Origin: Macrostomum lignano
Lineage: Eukaryota
DNA: 64,000 bases
Reading direction: 5' to 3'
Assembly (NCBI GenBank): GCA_002269645.1
Contig: NIVC01000947.1
Span: forward strand, 186,001-250,000
Below the pieces are notes generated by a model that saw only the letters and a list, made by a program, of their open reading frames with translations, was not told where the DNA came from and searched no databases. The translations under genes were made by a program, and so were the position numbers. The first letter of the stretch is position 1; every line of letters starts with the position of its first letter. Of this stretch, positions 1 through 11,368 are shown piece by piece.

Positions 1-345
1 ACATAGCTCATCTGACCTGGGTTTATGATTAATCTATTAGCTCCCGTCTATCTCGAACTGGTCTAACATCGATGGCTGGCTGTTCATTTATTATTTTGCA
101 CTAGTAGATTATCTACTTGTACTGGCATAACTTGCACTGGCATAACATGCACTGGCACTGGAACATTATTTTGATTCTGCACTGGCACAAACTGCACTTC
201 TTCATACTCACTTTCACTGTCGGCTATATGATACATACTCGGAGGATTAAGTAGTACATTTTCTCTAAGTTTCGGTCGCCTGGCACGACTGCTTTCTGGC
301 TTTTCAGAGTGGTAAATTGTCTTCTACTAAGTTTAAAATGGTACT
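1..345 (-). mobile_element. Degenerate second copy of the pol 3' tail of the Gypsy element at 4430-9475
   Basis: Colinear similarity to ~6595-7010. For example, acatagctc..tgggtttat..ccgtctatctc.aactggtcta and acattttctc.aagtttcggtcgcctggcac.actgctttctggctt occur in both. The VQDMP-type 15-bp repeat is present but shorter and decayed. Confidence 0.85.
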
Positions 346-2471
346 TTTAGTATTAAAAATACCCTCTCCATTGTACAAGTCTAGTGGCTCACCTATTACA
401 TACTCTCTTATCTTGCGTGGATCTATTACGTGGCGCATTTTTGTCTATTTTTAGTAACAAAACTGAACACTGAAACACACTAAAGGTCAGACTCCACAGG
501 TTCATGCTGTGGCTTGTTCGTATCTCTAAAGATTTTAGACTTGTCAGTCTTTGGACACAAAGGTGGTGGCTCCATCACTTTGTCTCAGAAGAACTATCTT
601 GAAAGAGTTGGCACTTCTCTGTATAAATTTTATGCATTATAAAACATTTGCTAATGGTAAAAGCGGTGGGAACTGTTGTTTTTGAATAATGGCTAAAACA
701 AATGATAGAAAACAAGTGATTCAGTTATTGTCCGTCATTAAAAATAAATAAAATCAATCAGTTCCGATTAGTAATAGAAACTTTCCGTCTGAAAGTCGCC
801 GCGTTACAGTCATCGCGTTCTTCGAATTGTGGCGTCAGAGGCGTCCTCAATATAGAGCTAAAGTCTTTGTCTGAGTTGGCAGCAGACTCAATGCTGGTTT
901 TATACTGCAAAATTGTGTTGTATGCGTACAGCGCGAAACGAAGAGCCAGATAGTCGTTACAAAGTTTTTGGAAAGTTTTCATTCGCGAAAAAGTTGTCAC
1001 TGCACTTAAGAAGACTTTGAATTTCCTGATTGCTCATTCCTTTACTTTTAGAAAGAAAAACGCAATGGCGTCGGCATTTTTGGCACCAATTGCTGCCTTA
1101 ATCTCGTCGACATTTTCTTTGATGGAGCATAGCTCCGCGTATAAGTTAGCAGCAATGTCAGATGGGATTTCAGCCTTTATCAGCTCCTCCAGCTCTCGAT
1201 AAGACGATTAATGAATAGTTAATAGTCTTCACACTAATTGCCTCAGTGCGATGCTTAGAGAGCCATGCTTTCAAGTTGACAATGAATCTCACGGATTGTT
1301 TAGCTTTGCTTCATTTCTTCTTGTTGCTATTAGCTCCTTCGTCATCCTCAATCGTCTTATCGGCTTGATGAACGAGGCTTACTAAAGTATCATAGAAGGA
1401 ACCTCGTTTTTCTTTAGGAAGGCGATTTAGAATTAGAACAATTTAGAATTAGAATTAGAACGAATTAGAACCATATCCTGATAAGTATAGCTCTTCACGT
1501 GTTGTTCGTATCTGTCTTCTCTATGTGTCTTCAGCTTGATGTTTTCCTATAGGTAGTCTAGCGGTTTTGTGGCAGTCCGTTGACTTGAAGGCTATAACTA
1601 CTGACGACTATCGATACCCAGTTTCCCGGCTGGCGGCTATAATTCCCTTCTGGATCCTCACCTCTGTGATCGGATATCAGACCAAGAAAGAACACGAACA
1701 CAGTATGTTATCTGGTAGGTTAACCTAACGGAGCTCAAAGCTAACTCTCTAGCTAAACCGCGGGGTCGCGTTTTTCCGCGCTCCGCTCCGACTTATATAT
1801 ATTATTCTCGAAACCGAGGGGATGAAAAACTTAGCAACGGCAAGCAAGAGGATTTGTCCTGAACGAGGTCACAGCCTCAACTCTAGCACAGTCATAACTC
1901 ATAAGCCTTGAGCTAGTTGGTTGGTAGGCACACCAACCCCTTTTCTATGGTAGCAGGGGGCAGCCCTGAAACGCATTAGCTAAGTTAGGAAGTGTTCCCG
2001 CTTCTACCGAGACCTCTTTCCTACTGTTCGTTATCCATTTCCCCTTCATCGATCCAGTCTTCTTGTGCGGTCCCGGCCTTCTCCGGCTTTCGTCTCCAGG
2101 CGGGGTCCAGCTCAACTCCTCATCAGTCTCCCCCACGGGCCGGTTCCAACCAGTTCCCATTTTGCTGTCGGTCCGGGCCGCGTTCGCGCTGTAATGAAAG
2201 GGTGAGCTCCAGGCGTGTCCTCATCTAACCTCTCTGCTTTCAGTTGCTTGCCCTCTCTACTGTTGCTATTTTCTGCCTGATTTTATCCTAGAGCTCTCTT
2301 GAATTCGTTTCAGATTTCTAAGTCTTATAATAAGCTGAATACTGCTCTTGCGGCCATGCTGCGTGTGGCACAGGGATCGACCGACCCAATCATTTCCAAT
2401 AATTTTTTGTGCGTGATTGGAACTAGACCATGCGTGAAACAGTGCGTGACCCAGAATTTTTTATACCATAA

Positions 2472-2608
2472 AAGTAGTGGAAAGATATAATGGATGTGGC
2501 CATACACCCTCCTGCGTCGGGCATTCACGGAACTCACTCTTCGCTCGCTTCGTTCACTCACTCGTTCGTCCATTTGCTGTCCACATCCTTTATATCTTTC
2601 CACTACTT
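2472..2608. repeat. Inverted repeat/hairpin, 28-bp arms (1 mismatch), ~80-bp loop
   Basis: aagtagtggaaagatataatggatgtgg (2472-2499) versus ccacatcctttatatctttccactactt (2581-2608). The loop contains ctcttcgctcgcttcgttcactcactcgttcg. Confidence 0.9.
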
Positions 2609-2689
2609 AAGGTGATTTTAAAGAGTATGCATTTTCCTTCTTTGACCCCCTACACTAGTATATGGTATTTTTATATTTTATAAAAACAG

Positions 2690-2867
2690 TGAGGGCACTG
2701 AGGGTGAGGGCAGCCCCCATATATAAAAGCCTGTACTCTATATTTTTCACTATTTTACTATCTTATAAATATGCCTTAAGACACCCCCTACTAAAGGAAA
2801 TATTTTTTTGCTTTATTTTCCATAGCTATTTTTCAACTTAAAAGGTGCCCTCACCCTCATGCCCTCA
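2690..2867. repeat. Inverted repeat with TGAGGG-type iterated motif
   Basis: tgagggcactgagggtgagggca (2690-2712) versus tgccctcaccctcatgccctca (2846-2867, 1-nt gap), with an AT-rich spacer. Confidence 0.85.
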
Positions 2868-2971
2868 GTAAGTTTTGTAAAAATTGTAAACGACATTGAG
2901 TAAAACTTTTCAAGGATTTTTGAAAACTCATTTTAAGTTAGTACTCTCTCAAACAGTCTATTGTACTCTAA

Positions 2972-3160
2972 AGGAGGAACTACGTTGCCTATACGTGGAT
3001 CCAACATCTTTAATAGTACACTTTGGATGAAATGGAGAACTTGCAATCCCCCAACACTGTTCTGTACAGCATCCATTGTTCTCAAAAAGGGGAACTTCCC
3101 CGCAGCTTCTATTGTACTTAGAAAAGGGGAACTACGTTTGCCTATACGTGGATCCAACAG
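2972..3160. repeat. Short direct repeat (~35 bp)
   Basis: ggaactacgt(t)tgcctatacgtggatccaaca at ~2975-3004 and ~3128-3159, with a partial aaaaggggaact copy between them. Confidence 0.75.
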
Positions 3161-3389
3161 TACTCAAAATCTCTTACCCAATCTAGTCACTATTGACAAC
3201 TATTTCATTCTCTCTCTCTACTGTCTATTGTATAATACACTGAGAAAAATTGCTAGAGCTCTACCTACTAAAGAGCTTAAACATAGCGCCTCCTAAAAGG
3301 CAAGACTAACATGGAGAGATACGAAGAACTTTTTCATATGTTATTTAGAAGCACGGATATAAAGAAACGTAACAAATGGGTAGAAAGAT

Positions 3390-4420
3390 ACAACGCTATA
3401 GGCAATAAGAGGTTTTAATTTACCAAGGATTACTGGAAGCATTCAACTACTCCTAAACTCATTATCCGAAAGGTATGGATCGGCCATATAAATAAGATTT
3501 TCGGGATCAATGATATCTTCATTAGTTGTTTATTTACATGGGTAATTAATATTGATAAATCTTCTCCTCTCTGCATCCCCAACACTTTCTTTGAAGTCTG
3601 GCTTGTTATTACATTCTACTATCAGTGTTGCTTATAAAACTACATTGCACTTGCTTGAATATAACTCTCTAGCTTGAAACATCCCTCTTCCAGTTATTAA
3701 TTTCATTGAATTATTTTGTTCAACTCCACTTTTTGACTTATTACTAGCCTTTTTTTATTTAATTGTGCTAGTGCTGGTTGTGGTCTACTTATATCTATTT
3801 CTTTAGTCAATACAGATGGATTAAGCATTGCTGCATAATCAAATCTTTATAAATAATCAAATCTTTCTTTTCTCTGGATCTGGATAAATCTGATTGTGTA
3901 GATTAACAATGTAATTATAATCCTCATCACTTACATTCAAAACGATATATTATATATACTTATATTTTTTTGTATTAGTCTGCATATATTTAAGGTTTTT
4001 AGTCGTTCTTTCCAATTTATTACTATATTCTTCTTTTTTGTCGCTCTTACTAATCTCTCAAAATATTCTCTCTCCTCAAGTTTATTAGTAACTTGACTAA
4101 GAATCTGTTATTTTATCTTTGATTTTAATTGTTTTCCATCTTTTCTCATTAGTGAAATAGTATATGCCTTGATCATTATAAATCAGATGATGTTTCATAT
4201 ATTTATATAAAAGTTTATTAATGTTGTCATCAGAGAAATTATAATCGAGACGAGTTATTTCTGCATATTATATTTATTTTGCCAATTTTCATATTCTTCT
4301 ATATTTTTTCTCTAGAACAAGACTTCAAAGTTCCTTTAGTTATTCCATCTTCAGTATTATTTTTATAGAATTCCATAATTTTTCACATTCACATTTTTCA
4401 CATAATTTTTAACAATTAGC
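3390..4420 (-). pseudogene. Decayed D5-like (SF3) primase-helicase of a DNA virus/Polinton-like element
   Basis: Manual minus-strand translation of ~3400-3840: ...AAMLNPSVLTKEIDISRPQPAL...QNNSMKLITGRGMFQARELYSSKCNVVL*ATLIVECNNKPDFKESVGDAERRRFININYPCK*TTNEDIIDPENLIYMADP. This matches the K-x-x-TG...ARxLY...LxxxCNxxP...DxAxxRR pattern of D5/P4-type helicases. It has several stops, and the Walker A segment was not found (apparently deleted). Confidence 0.75.
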
Positions 4421-4429
4421 ATAACCAAC

Positions 4430-5184
4430 TTTCGACCAATTAGCAAAGCGGCGTGTCCTCGCGGTTAAGCTACTGGTTTATTCTGTCTTCTGTTATTATT
4501 TCTATTCTTTTTGGTAGGTTGCTGCCACCTGACTAATGTCCCTTATAGTTAATTTTAAATTAAAATAATTGAGACAAGAGTCGAAATTGTGTGCGATTAT
4601 TAGAACAAACAAAAGAACATTATTATTAACCAAATATGCAAATAGTAAGTTTTGCACTATTAGTTCCCTATGTTAATAATTCGATAGACTCCGTGTAATT
4701 AGACTATTGGTAGACTCCCTTAGTCTTTCCCTTATTTTATCTAACTGACTATGCTAATATTCCTATTCTCGGTAGACTCCGTTTGACTAAGCGGTAGACT
4801 TCTCTTAGCCTCCCTATTTTACCCTGGACTTACCCTTACTTCCTTTTATATTTCTTCTTTTCACAATAGGAGACTCTCTTATGCTAACTTAAGATTTTGA
4901 TCTCTGAAATGCTGTCCTGATGGACGGTCCTGAACGGATGCTCAGACTGATTGTCCCGAGCGGATGCTTTTCCCGAGGCCAAACAGCCTTTTACTAATAG
5001 AGGAACCCGCTAAGACTCGAATTCCCACAACTTCAGTTATTTCCCCGAGGGTGAACTACTGATAGTAGCGTAAAAGCAAAACTGCTAATTCTAGATTTCA
5101 AGCTACTAAAATAATTCATCTCGACAAATAGAATCACTTGGCAAACGCCTTAGCACAACTGCTTGAAATAAACCCCCTACTACA
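4430..5184 (-). repeat. 3' LTR (truncated) of Gypsy element 1
   Basis: On the minus strand a polypurine tract agtggggggtaag (5197-5185) is immediately followed by TGTAGTAG (5184). The ggtggcagc motif (4521-4529) is shared with the other LTR-like units. The sequence is cut against the D5 helicase at ~4420. Confidence 0.6.
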
Positions 5185-5380
5185 CTTACCCCCCACTAAA
5201 AAAATGTACAAACCCCTTTGCATATTTTGGCTATTTTCAGGTTTATTTCAAGTAAGCAATAGGTTATGTAACGTAGGCAGATTAGCTAGCTGAATAATGG
5301 CATGCAGCAGGATAACATGACAACTAAATTAACTAATGAATTCATGGCATGAATAATAATTGAGCAATGATTACGCAAAG

Positions 5381-5499
5381 TGTACATATTAATTTGAGCA
5401 ATGATTAAAAAGTACATAGCATGAGAATTAAACATATTAATTTGAGCAATGATTAAAAAGTACATAGCATGAGAATTAAACATATTAATTTGAGCAATA
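5381..5499. repeat. 48-bp tandem repeat (~2.5 copies)
   Basis: acatattaatttgagcaatgattaaaaagtacatagcatgagaattaa is repeated. It produces the duplicated peptide in ORF 5286..5483. Confidence 0.85.
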
Positions 5500-5709
5500 A
5501 TATTTTGATTAATGAACTAATAAAATAAGCAATGATAGGCCATAACCAGATAGGTTTTCTTCCTGAATATTATCGATTTATATAAATGTTAGGCAAGCGG
5601 TGCATCAAATTTGAAAAGGAAAAAAAGGCTCGTGGCACTGTGTAAAAAATTCGACAACATAAAAGTAATTAAAGCTATTAATTGTTTAAATAAACCGGAA
5701 ATGTTTCAG

Positions 5710-6537
5710 CTAGAATTGCCCTATAGGTCGGCAGGTTGGCGCCCTCTGTGTACACTGGTACAGTAAACCTGTCGCCGGTGTCCTTCTGTGCTCTGGATCG
5801 AAAAGCTCGACTAAGTCTCGTAGGTGCTCGCTCACCTGGAATGGCGACAGCGGTCCTTTGGCTCGCTCTTCCGCATATTGCAATGCGTAGGCGCAAGCCA
5901 CTTCCAGACTTTGGAGTCGCTGTTCCGCAGTAGCCTCAGTGAGGAACCTGGTGCACGCCGCTGGTATGGTTGGCTCGTACAGTCCTGTGTTGCCGGTCCG
6001 CAGTAGCCACTTCTTCAGGGCCTTGGTGCACCTTCGAAACTTCTTCGGACTGGCGCCTGAAGGTTTGGCCTCTGCGTCTTGGTTGTTTGGCTGCTGCGCG
6101 TCTTCCCGGAAGAGTCCGGCGACATCTAATAGAGGCTCACTCACCACCGGAGCGGACCTCTGTTCCTGGAGGTCATTAACTGGCGGCTCCTGTACCGCTG
6201 GTGCCTCATTGGCTGGACTCAGGGCCTCTTTGATGTCGGGTAAGCTGACATCCAGTAACATCCGTAAGAATTCGTTATGCTCTTCCTTTCTCTCTTCCTC
6301 CTGCTTCTTTGTCTCCGCTTCTAGATCCACGCCCTTCAGGTCTATCATCAGCCTGCCTTCTCCTTCTTCATTATCAATTGGCTTTTCTTGCAGATAAGGG
6401 CTTTCGGGCTTGTCAGTCATTTCAATCACCCTTACGGAGCGTACTCTTGGCGGCTCGTTCTCATCGGAATCCCTCCTTCTTCTCTTCCCGGAATAGATCG
6501 TCTTGATTGGGTATACCCGCTCCGGGGCGTCCGCCAT
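5710..6537 (-). CDS. Gypsy accessory ORF (275 aa, unknown function; basic NLS-like KRRRR, acidic coiled coil, helical C-terminal domain)
   Basis: Intact ATG-to-stop ORF starting a few bases after the pol tail stop and lying before the PPT. It is homologous to ORF 20489..20938. Confidence 0.75.
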   Translation of the reverse strand: MADAPERVYPIKTIYSGKRRRRDSDENEPPRVRSVRVIEMTDKPESPYLQEKPIDNEEGEGRLMIDLKGVDLEAETKKQEEERKEEHNEFLRMLLDVSLPDIKEALSPANEAPAVQEPPVNDLQEQRSAPVVSEPLLDVAGLFREDAQQPNNQDAEAKPSGASPKKFRRCTKALKKWLLRTGNTGLYEPTIPAACTRFLTEATAEQRLQSLEVACAYALQYAEERAKGPLSPFQVSEHLRDLVELFDPEHRRTPATGLLYQCTQRAPTCRPIGQF

Positions 6538-6711
6538 AATGCTATTCGAGCTGGAAGAGCAGGTAGGGGTTAAACAACTCCTTTACCTTCTGTACATAGC
6601 TCTTCCGGCCTGGGTTTATCACTAATCTACTCGGCTTCCGTCTATCTCTAACTGGTCTAGTTTCGACTGCTGGCTGCTCATTATTATTTTGCACTGGTAG
6701 ATTATCTTCTT

Positions 6712-6821
6712 GCACTGGCATATCCTGCACTGGCATATCCTGCACTGGCATATCCTGCACTGGCATATCCTGCACTGGCATATCCTGCACTGGCATATCC
6801 TGCACTGGCATATCCTGCACT
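6712..6821. repeat. 15-bp coding minisatellite (VQDMP)n in the pol tail
   Basis: tgcactggcatatcc x7, translating as PVQDM repeats in ORF 6542..6898. Confidence 0.95.
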
Positions 6822-9477
6822 GAAACATTGTACTGGTTCTGCACTGGCACAAACTGAACTTCTTCTTGCTCACTCTCACTGTCGGCTGTGTCGTACATCG
6901 GATTGAGCGGTACATTTTCTCAAAGTTTCGGTCGCCTGGCACAACTGCTTTCTGGCTTCTCTTCATCACTGACGTAATCGGCTGTTGGTACTGGTAGTAA
7001 ATTATCCCTATGCATGACTAATTCCTATTTTCTTGCCTTAGTACTTTTGTTTAATAGTCTAATCCTGTAAACTACTTCTGATAACTGTTCTATGACCTCG
7101 TAGACTGCTCTTCTCTTCCTGTGGAACTTGTTGGCTTCTGTCTGTGTGATGACTGGGTTGTTGATGAAAACTAAGCTCCCTATAGGTAAGTCTGGTTGTT
7201 TTGGTTTGTTAAAATAGTGTTGCTCACGCTTACGTTGTATTACTTTGAGCCGCTGTTTGGCGAGGTCTTGCCCCTCTTGCAGGTGAGTCAAGTGCTCTTG
7301 AACATAAGCAGGCAGATCGGCGAACGCCCTTGGCTGCTGGAACGCGTTGTCACTCAGCATCTGGGCCTCTCTTCCAAACACAAGATAATGCGGGCTGAAA
7401 CCTGTGGCTGTATGCGTACTGGTGCGCAATGCGGTTATACAACCGGGCAATAGAACATCCCAGTTCGCATGTTCTTTCTCAAGCAAACAGGTAAGAATTG
7501 ACTTAATTTGTTTGTTTAAATTTTCTACTAGCCCATTGCTTTGTGGATGATAGCTTGTTGTCCTAGTGTGCCTAATCCCATAGAGGTCTAGAAATTTCCT
7601 AAATGCTCTCCCTGTAAATGGTGTTCCCTGATCTGTGTGAATCCACTGAGGTATTCCAAAGTCTGCGAAAACTCGCTCCTGCAGAATTTTAATTACTGTC
7701 TTAGCCTTCTGATTTTTAATTGCAAACGTAAATGGAAATTTGCTAGTGCTGTCAATAACTGACAAGACATTTGTTACCAGATTTGCTAGTCTGGCTGATC
7801 GGACCTATCAAATCAATGTGAAGGCGTGAGAATGGCTCGACAATAGGAAAATTCTGCACTGGTGCTTTGCATCGCTTTCTTGATTTACTTTCTAAACAAG
7901 ATTTGCACTTAGCGACGTACTTTTCGACTGCTGTAGCTAATCCTACTCTCCAAAATCTTTCCTTAACTCGCTGGTAAGTTTTATCTCTTCCTAGATGACC
8001 TGCTAACGGTGAATCGTGGAATTCGTGAAAAACTTCACCATCCAAAGACTTGGGCAACACCACTTTAGATTCGGTCCGCCCTAAATTTAAGTCTATTCGG
8101 AGAACACCGTCCTCTATCCTGAAGAGTTCAAAGTAACCTAGCAGATTTCTAATCTCGTGAGACAACTCTAGTCTTTCTTGAAAGTTTGGTTTCGGCAAGT
8201 CAGATTCAATCAGATTCCTGACATAGCTTAGTGCGGGGTCAGCTAGCTGAGCTGCGACCAAATTTTCACGACGCACTGGGCTACGAAGGTAATCACTCAG
8301 CAGTGCATTGCAAACAAGCGGGTACCTTTCCTTAGGCTCATGTTCTTGCCTTTTGCTTAGCAGACTACAGGTTTCGGCTTGCGCGGAATTGCCTGAGCTC
8401 ACAATAACAGCTGATGCTGGGTCTGTGTTCACAGTTGCCCTACCACTAAGCGACCTGGCATATGGGTGTGACTCATCCTGTTGAGGATCCGGGATCCTGG
8501 ATAGAGCATCAGCATTCACATGCTTAGGGCCACTTCTATGCTCAATCTTAAAATCAAATTCACTAAGTCTCGATCCAACGACCTAAAATGCCTGTCTGTT
8601 CGGTCTGGCGAAGCAACCAGTTTAGGGCATTGTGATCAGTGCGCACCTTAAAACGTTTCCCTACGAGGTAAAACCTGAAGTACTTCAGCGAGTCAACAAT
8701 CGCTAGAAGCTCCTTTCTCGTAATCGGATATCTACTTTCTGACTGCCTTATTTTTCGACTATAATACGCGATCGGTCTCCCAACTCCGTCGCTCTGTACT
8801 TGATATAAGACCGCCCCAATTCTGACATCTGATGCATCAGTGTCTAACATAAAGTAAACTTGGGGGTCTGTATTAAACTCTGGGTAAGCAAGCACTTCTT
8901 CGGAACACATCCGTTCCTTCAACAGCTCGAAGCATTCATCATGAATCCTGGTCCATTTGTCCTGGATGCACTTGATGTTCTTCTTCGTTAGCTCACAGAG
9001 TTGTGCTGCTACCTCGGCAAAATCTCTAACGAATTTTCTATAATAATTACAGAGTCCGAGAAAACTTCGAAGCTCTGTCACAGATTTAGGTTTCGGCCAG
9101 TTCCTAATCGTTTCTAACTTTGACGCATCTCTTTTAATTCCTGTTTTGCCTATGACGTGTCCTAGATATTGCAGTTCTGATTTGAAAAGGTGACATTTCT
9201 TCGCTTTTAGTTTCATATTAGCTTGGATTAGTCTTTTGAGCACTTCTTTCAGGTGTTCTAAATGAGACTCAAAGTCCGTACTATAAACTATTACATCGTC
9301 TAAGTAAGCTATGGCGAACTTTTGTGCAATGTCCTTAAAAACTAAGTTCATGCACCTTTGAAAAGTTCCTGGGGCTCCTTGCAGTCCCATTTGCAAAACT
9401 TCATACTCAAACGAGCCTCGATGTAAAGTTGGAAAACTAGTTTTGCACTTATCTTCTTCAGCAAATACTTCTTTCAA

Positions 9478-9659
9478 TTCCATCGTTCTCTGTCCCAATG
9501 GGAAGTAAAATTATTCAAGAGCCTGCAAATCCTGTGTACCTACCACTAACTACAAACATGTTGAGCACATTCGACTTTGTCATCGAATATGAGTCTGGTG
9601 TTCTATACGACTTTGATGGCGAGGAAATATCTATAAATCTACACGTACGACAAATATGA
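9478..9659 (+). pseudogene. C-terminal end of Polinton/Maverick minor capsid (penton-like) protein
   Basis: Translation IPSFSVPMGSKIIQEPANPVYLPLTTNMLSTFDFVIEYESGVLYDFDGEEISINLHVRQI* matches the Maverick minor capsid C-terminal pattern (VP.GYKI.E.P...YLP...DF.GE.I...LH.R). It sits directly before the protease. Confidence 0.75.
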
Positions 9660-10099
9660 GTGTTGAAAATAAGCGAAGCTGAGACATGGAACGCATTTAA
9701 ACAAAAGTTTAGGACTGACACTACAACAAATATTGATCTGATAAATTGGGCAAAATATCTCAAGTTAAAACCATTTCGTTATGCCATGAGAGATGAAATT
9801 GTAGATTTACCACAGTATGGTTACTTTATGACAAATATTCACACTTCCAAAGAACGGGGTATACATCATTCAGCTATCTTTTCAGCACCTGATGAGGTTT
9901 ATTTTTTGATTCCTATGCACTACCGCCCACACTGGAAATTATGGAAAAGTTTAATCACACAAAGAATAGAATATGTGGAGACATGGAAGAACAAATTCAA
10001 AGTTTTGATAAGAAATATTGTGGTCAAATGTCGCTGTACTTTTTACACCGAATCGATAAAGGAGATAGCTATAATGAAATTTTGCAGCAAATAAAATGA
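9660..10099 (+). pseudogene. Polinton/Maverick adenoviral-type cysteine protease (one frameshift)
   Basis: TTNIDLINWAKYL...TNIHTSKERGIHHSAIF, then after a shift at the T-run 9902-9907: FDSYALPPTLE...QIQSFDKKYCGQMSLYFL. The catalytic H, D, Q and C are in the expected order. The stop TGA (10097-10099) overlaps the next ATG. Confidence 0.85.
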
Positions 10100-10362
10100 G
10101 TTGCAAGAATACTGCCAATCAATTTGGTTACTCGTCAAATTCAAATGATATAGCACCTGGAATAACAATAGCGTTAGCTGATCATCGATACATCAATGAA
10201 AGTGAAGAATATAAGAGAGAGGAATTAGATAATTTATTGTTGGCAAAGCGAAATGTTTCAGACTCTTATTCAAAGGAAGATAGTGACGCAATGAATATCA
10301 TCATGTTACAATTAATTGACGATGCTCATGGGCGCGTAAAACAATGTCTACACAAAAACTGA
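10096..10362 (+). CDS. Small Maverick-associated ORF, unknown function
   Basis: ATGA-coupled to the protease stop and lying between the protease and the major capsid gene. No recognisable motif. Confidence 0.45.
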   Translation: MSCKNTANQFGYSSNSNDIAPGITIALADHRYINESEEYKREELDNLLLAKRNVSDSYSKEDSDAMNIIMLQLIDDAHGRVKQCLHKN

Positions 10363-10417
10363 GATTGACACTAAGATGTATTCTAAAATGTAATATTTTT
10401 TCGCCAGACGCTAATTC

Positions 10418-10732
10418 CTAAAATATTAACCAAAGATTTTCTGTATTTTCCATCATCCAGTACAGGGCCAAAAAAAGCTTTCCGTCACTTTTATCTGCAC
10501 CGGTTGTGCTTCTGGTTGTCCTGGTTCCTGAGCCCAATGTGTTTTGCAAGTGGCTCTCTTGAATATCAACAATTGATTTCTTCACAGTGTCGATGTTTTT
10601 CTTCGCTTCTGTGTATCCGGGTTTGTGAAATCCGGTGGCTGCTTGGACAAATTCATTGTAAGATTGTTGTTCTTTGTTAATTATTCCGGTAACTCGTTTC
10701 TCTGCCTGCGCCAGCTTTTCTAGTTCAGAGAT
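10418..10732 (-). CDS. Antisense small ORF inside the Maverick fragment (MKRKSSYHISELEKL...), unknown function
   Basis: Open frame from ATG at ~10732 with helical/coiled-coil character, divergent from the capsid start. Confidence 0.35.
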   Translation of the reverse strand: MSELEKLAQAEKRVTGIINKEQQSYNEFVQAATGFHKPGYTEAKKNIDTVKKSIVDIQESHLQNTLGSGTRTTRSTTGADKSDGKLFLALYWMMENTENLWLIF

Positions 10733-10786
10733 ATGATATGAACTTTTCCGCTTCATTTTTAAAATATTTTTTTCTTTTGTTGAAAC

Positions 10787-11368
10787 ATGAACGATCCCCT
10801 GACACCGGTTTTCTATAAGATTAACAAACCCATTTTGAGTGATGACAGCACTATTAAAGCGACACAAGTTAGAGTTCCGAGTCACGAGAACCAGAATGAA
10901 ACTCATTTGGGTCCAGGTCAAACGCTGACTTTCACATACAACAGTTGTTCGTCGTTGGTCAGTGTCCACAGTCTAAGGAGCGGCTTCTATATGACGTTTC
11001 AATTCAAAACTAAAGGAGGCGCAGACGCCGCTCATGCTAATGATGATCTACACAATGTGGATGTCGCACTAACCAATAATTTCTGGGCTTAATTGTTCAA
11101 AGAGTTTGATGTGTCCAATGGAAGTACAGAGTTGGAAAGAATAGCAAAATTTGGTTTTGTCTATGATATCCAGTGCTTGATTGAGAACCCGGATTTTATT
11201 AAGATGGGGAGCGGTGCTGGATTCATCCTCAATGAACAGACAGGAGATGAAAATGACCCTGCAACTGATGCTGCAAGGAATGCACTAAATAGGTCCGTAG
11301 ACATTTTTGTGCCGTTAAGATTTATGACCGGTTTCTGTAATAGTTTTAATCGACTGACAAGTAATTGA
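10787..11368 (+). pseudogene. Polinton/Maverick major capsid protein, N-terminal half (in-frame stop, 3'-truncated)
   Basis: SDDSTIKATQ...GPGQTLTF...VALTNNFWA*LFKEFDVSNGSTELE...DIFVPLRFMTGFCNSFNRL resembles the double jelly-roll MCP motifs (DDSI; L.NN....LF; VPL....GF). TAA at 11090-11092 splits it. Confidence 0.8.

Larger units (their letters stand above)
4430..9475 (-). mobile_element. Ty3/Gypsy LTR retrotransposon 1 (5'-truncated): RT-RNaseH-integrase, accessory ORF, PPT, 3' LTR
   Basis: RT motifs QGAPGTFQR and AYLDDVIVYS. RNase H TDASDVRIGAVLYQ...ELLAIV. Integrase zinc motif HDSPLAGH...CKSC and catalytic HIDLIGP...HTDQGTPF...NGLVENLN. Domain order is RT-RH-IN. Frameshifts at ~8567 and ~7760. 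Confidence 0.95.

Noticed and set aside
758-1000. ORF containing ALYAYNT, reminiscent of an integrase C-terminal core
   Set aside because: No flanking DDE motifs or further similarity, so the match is too short to support.
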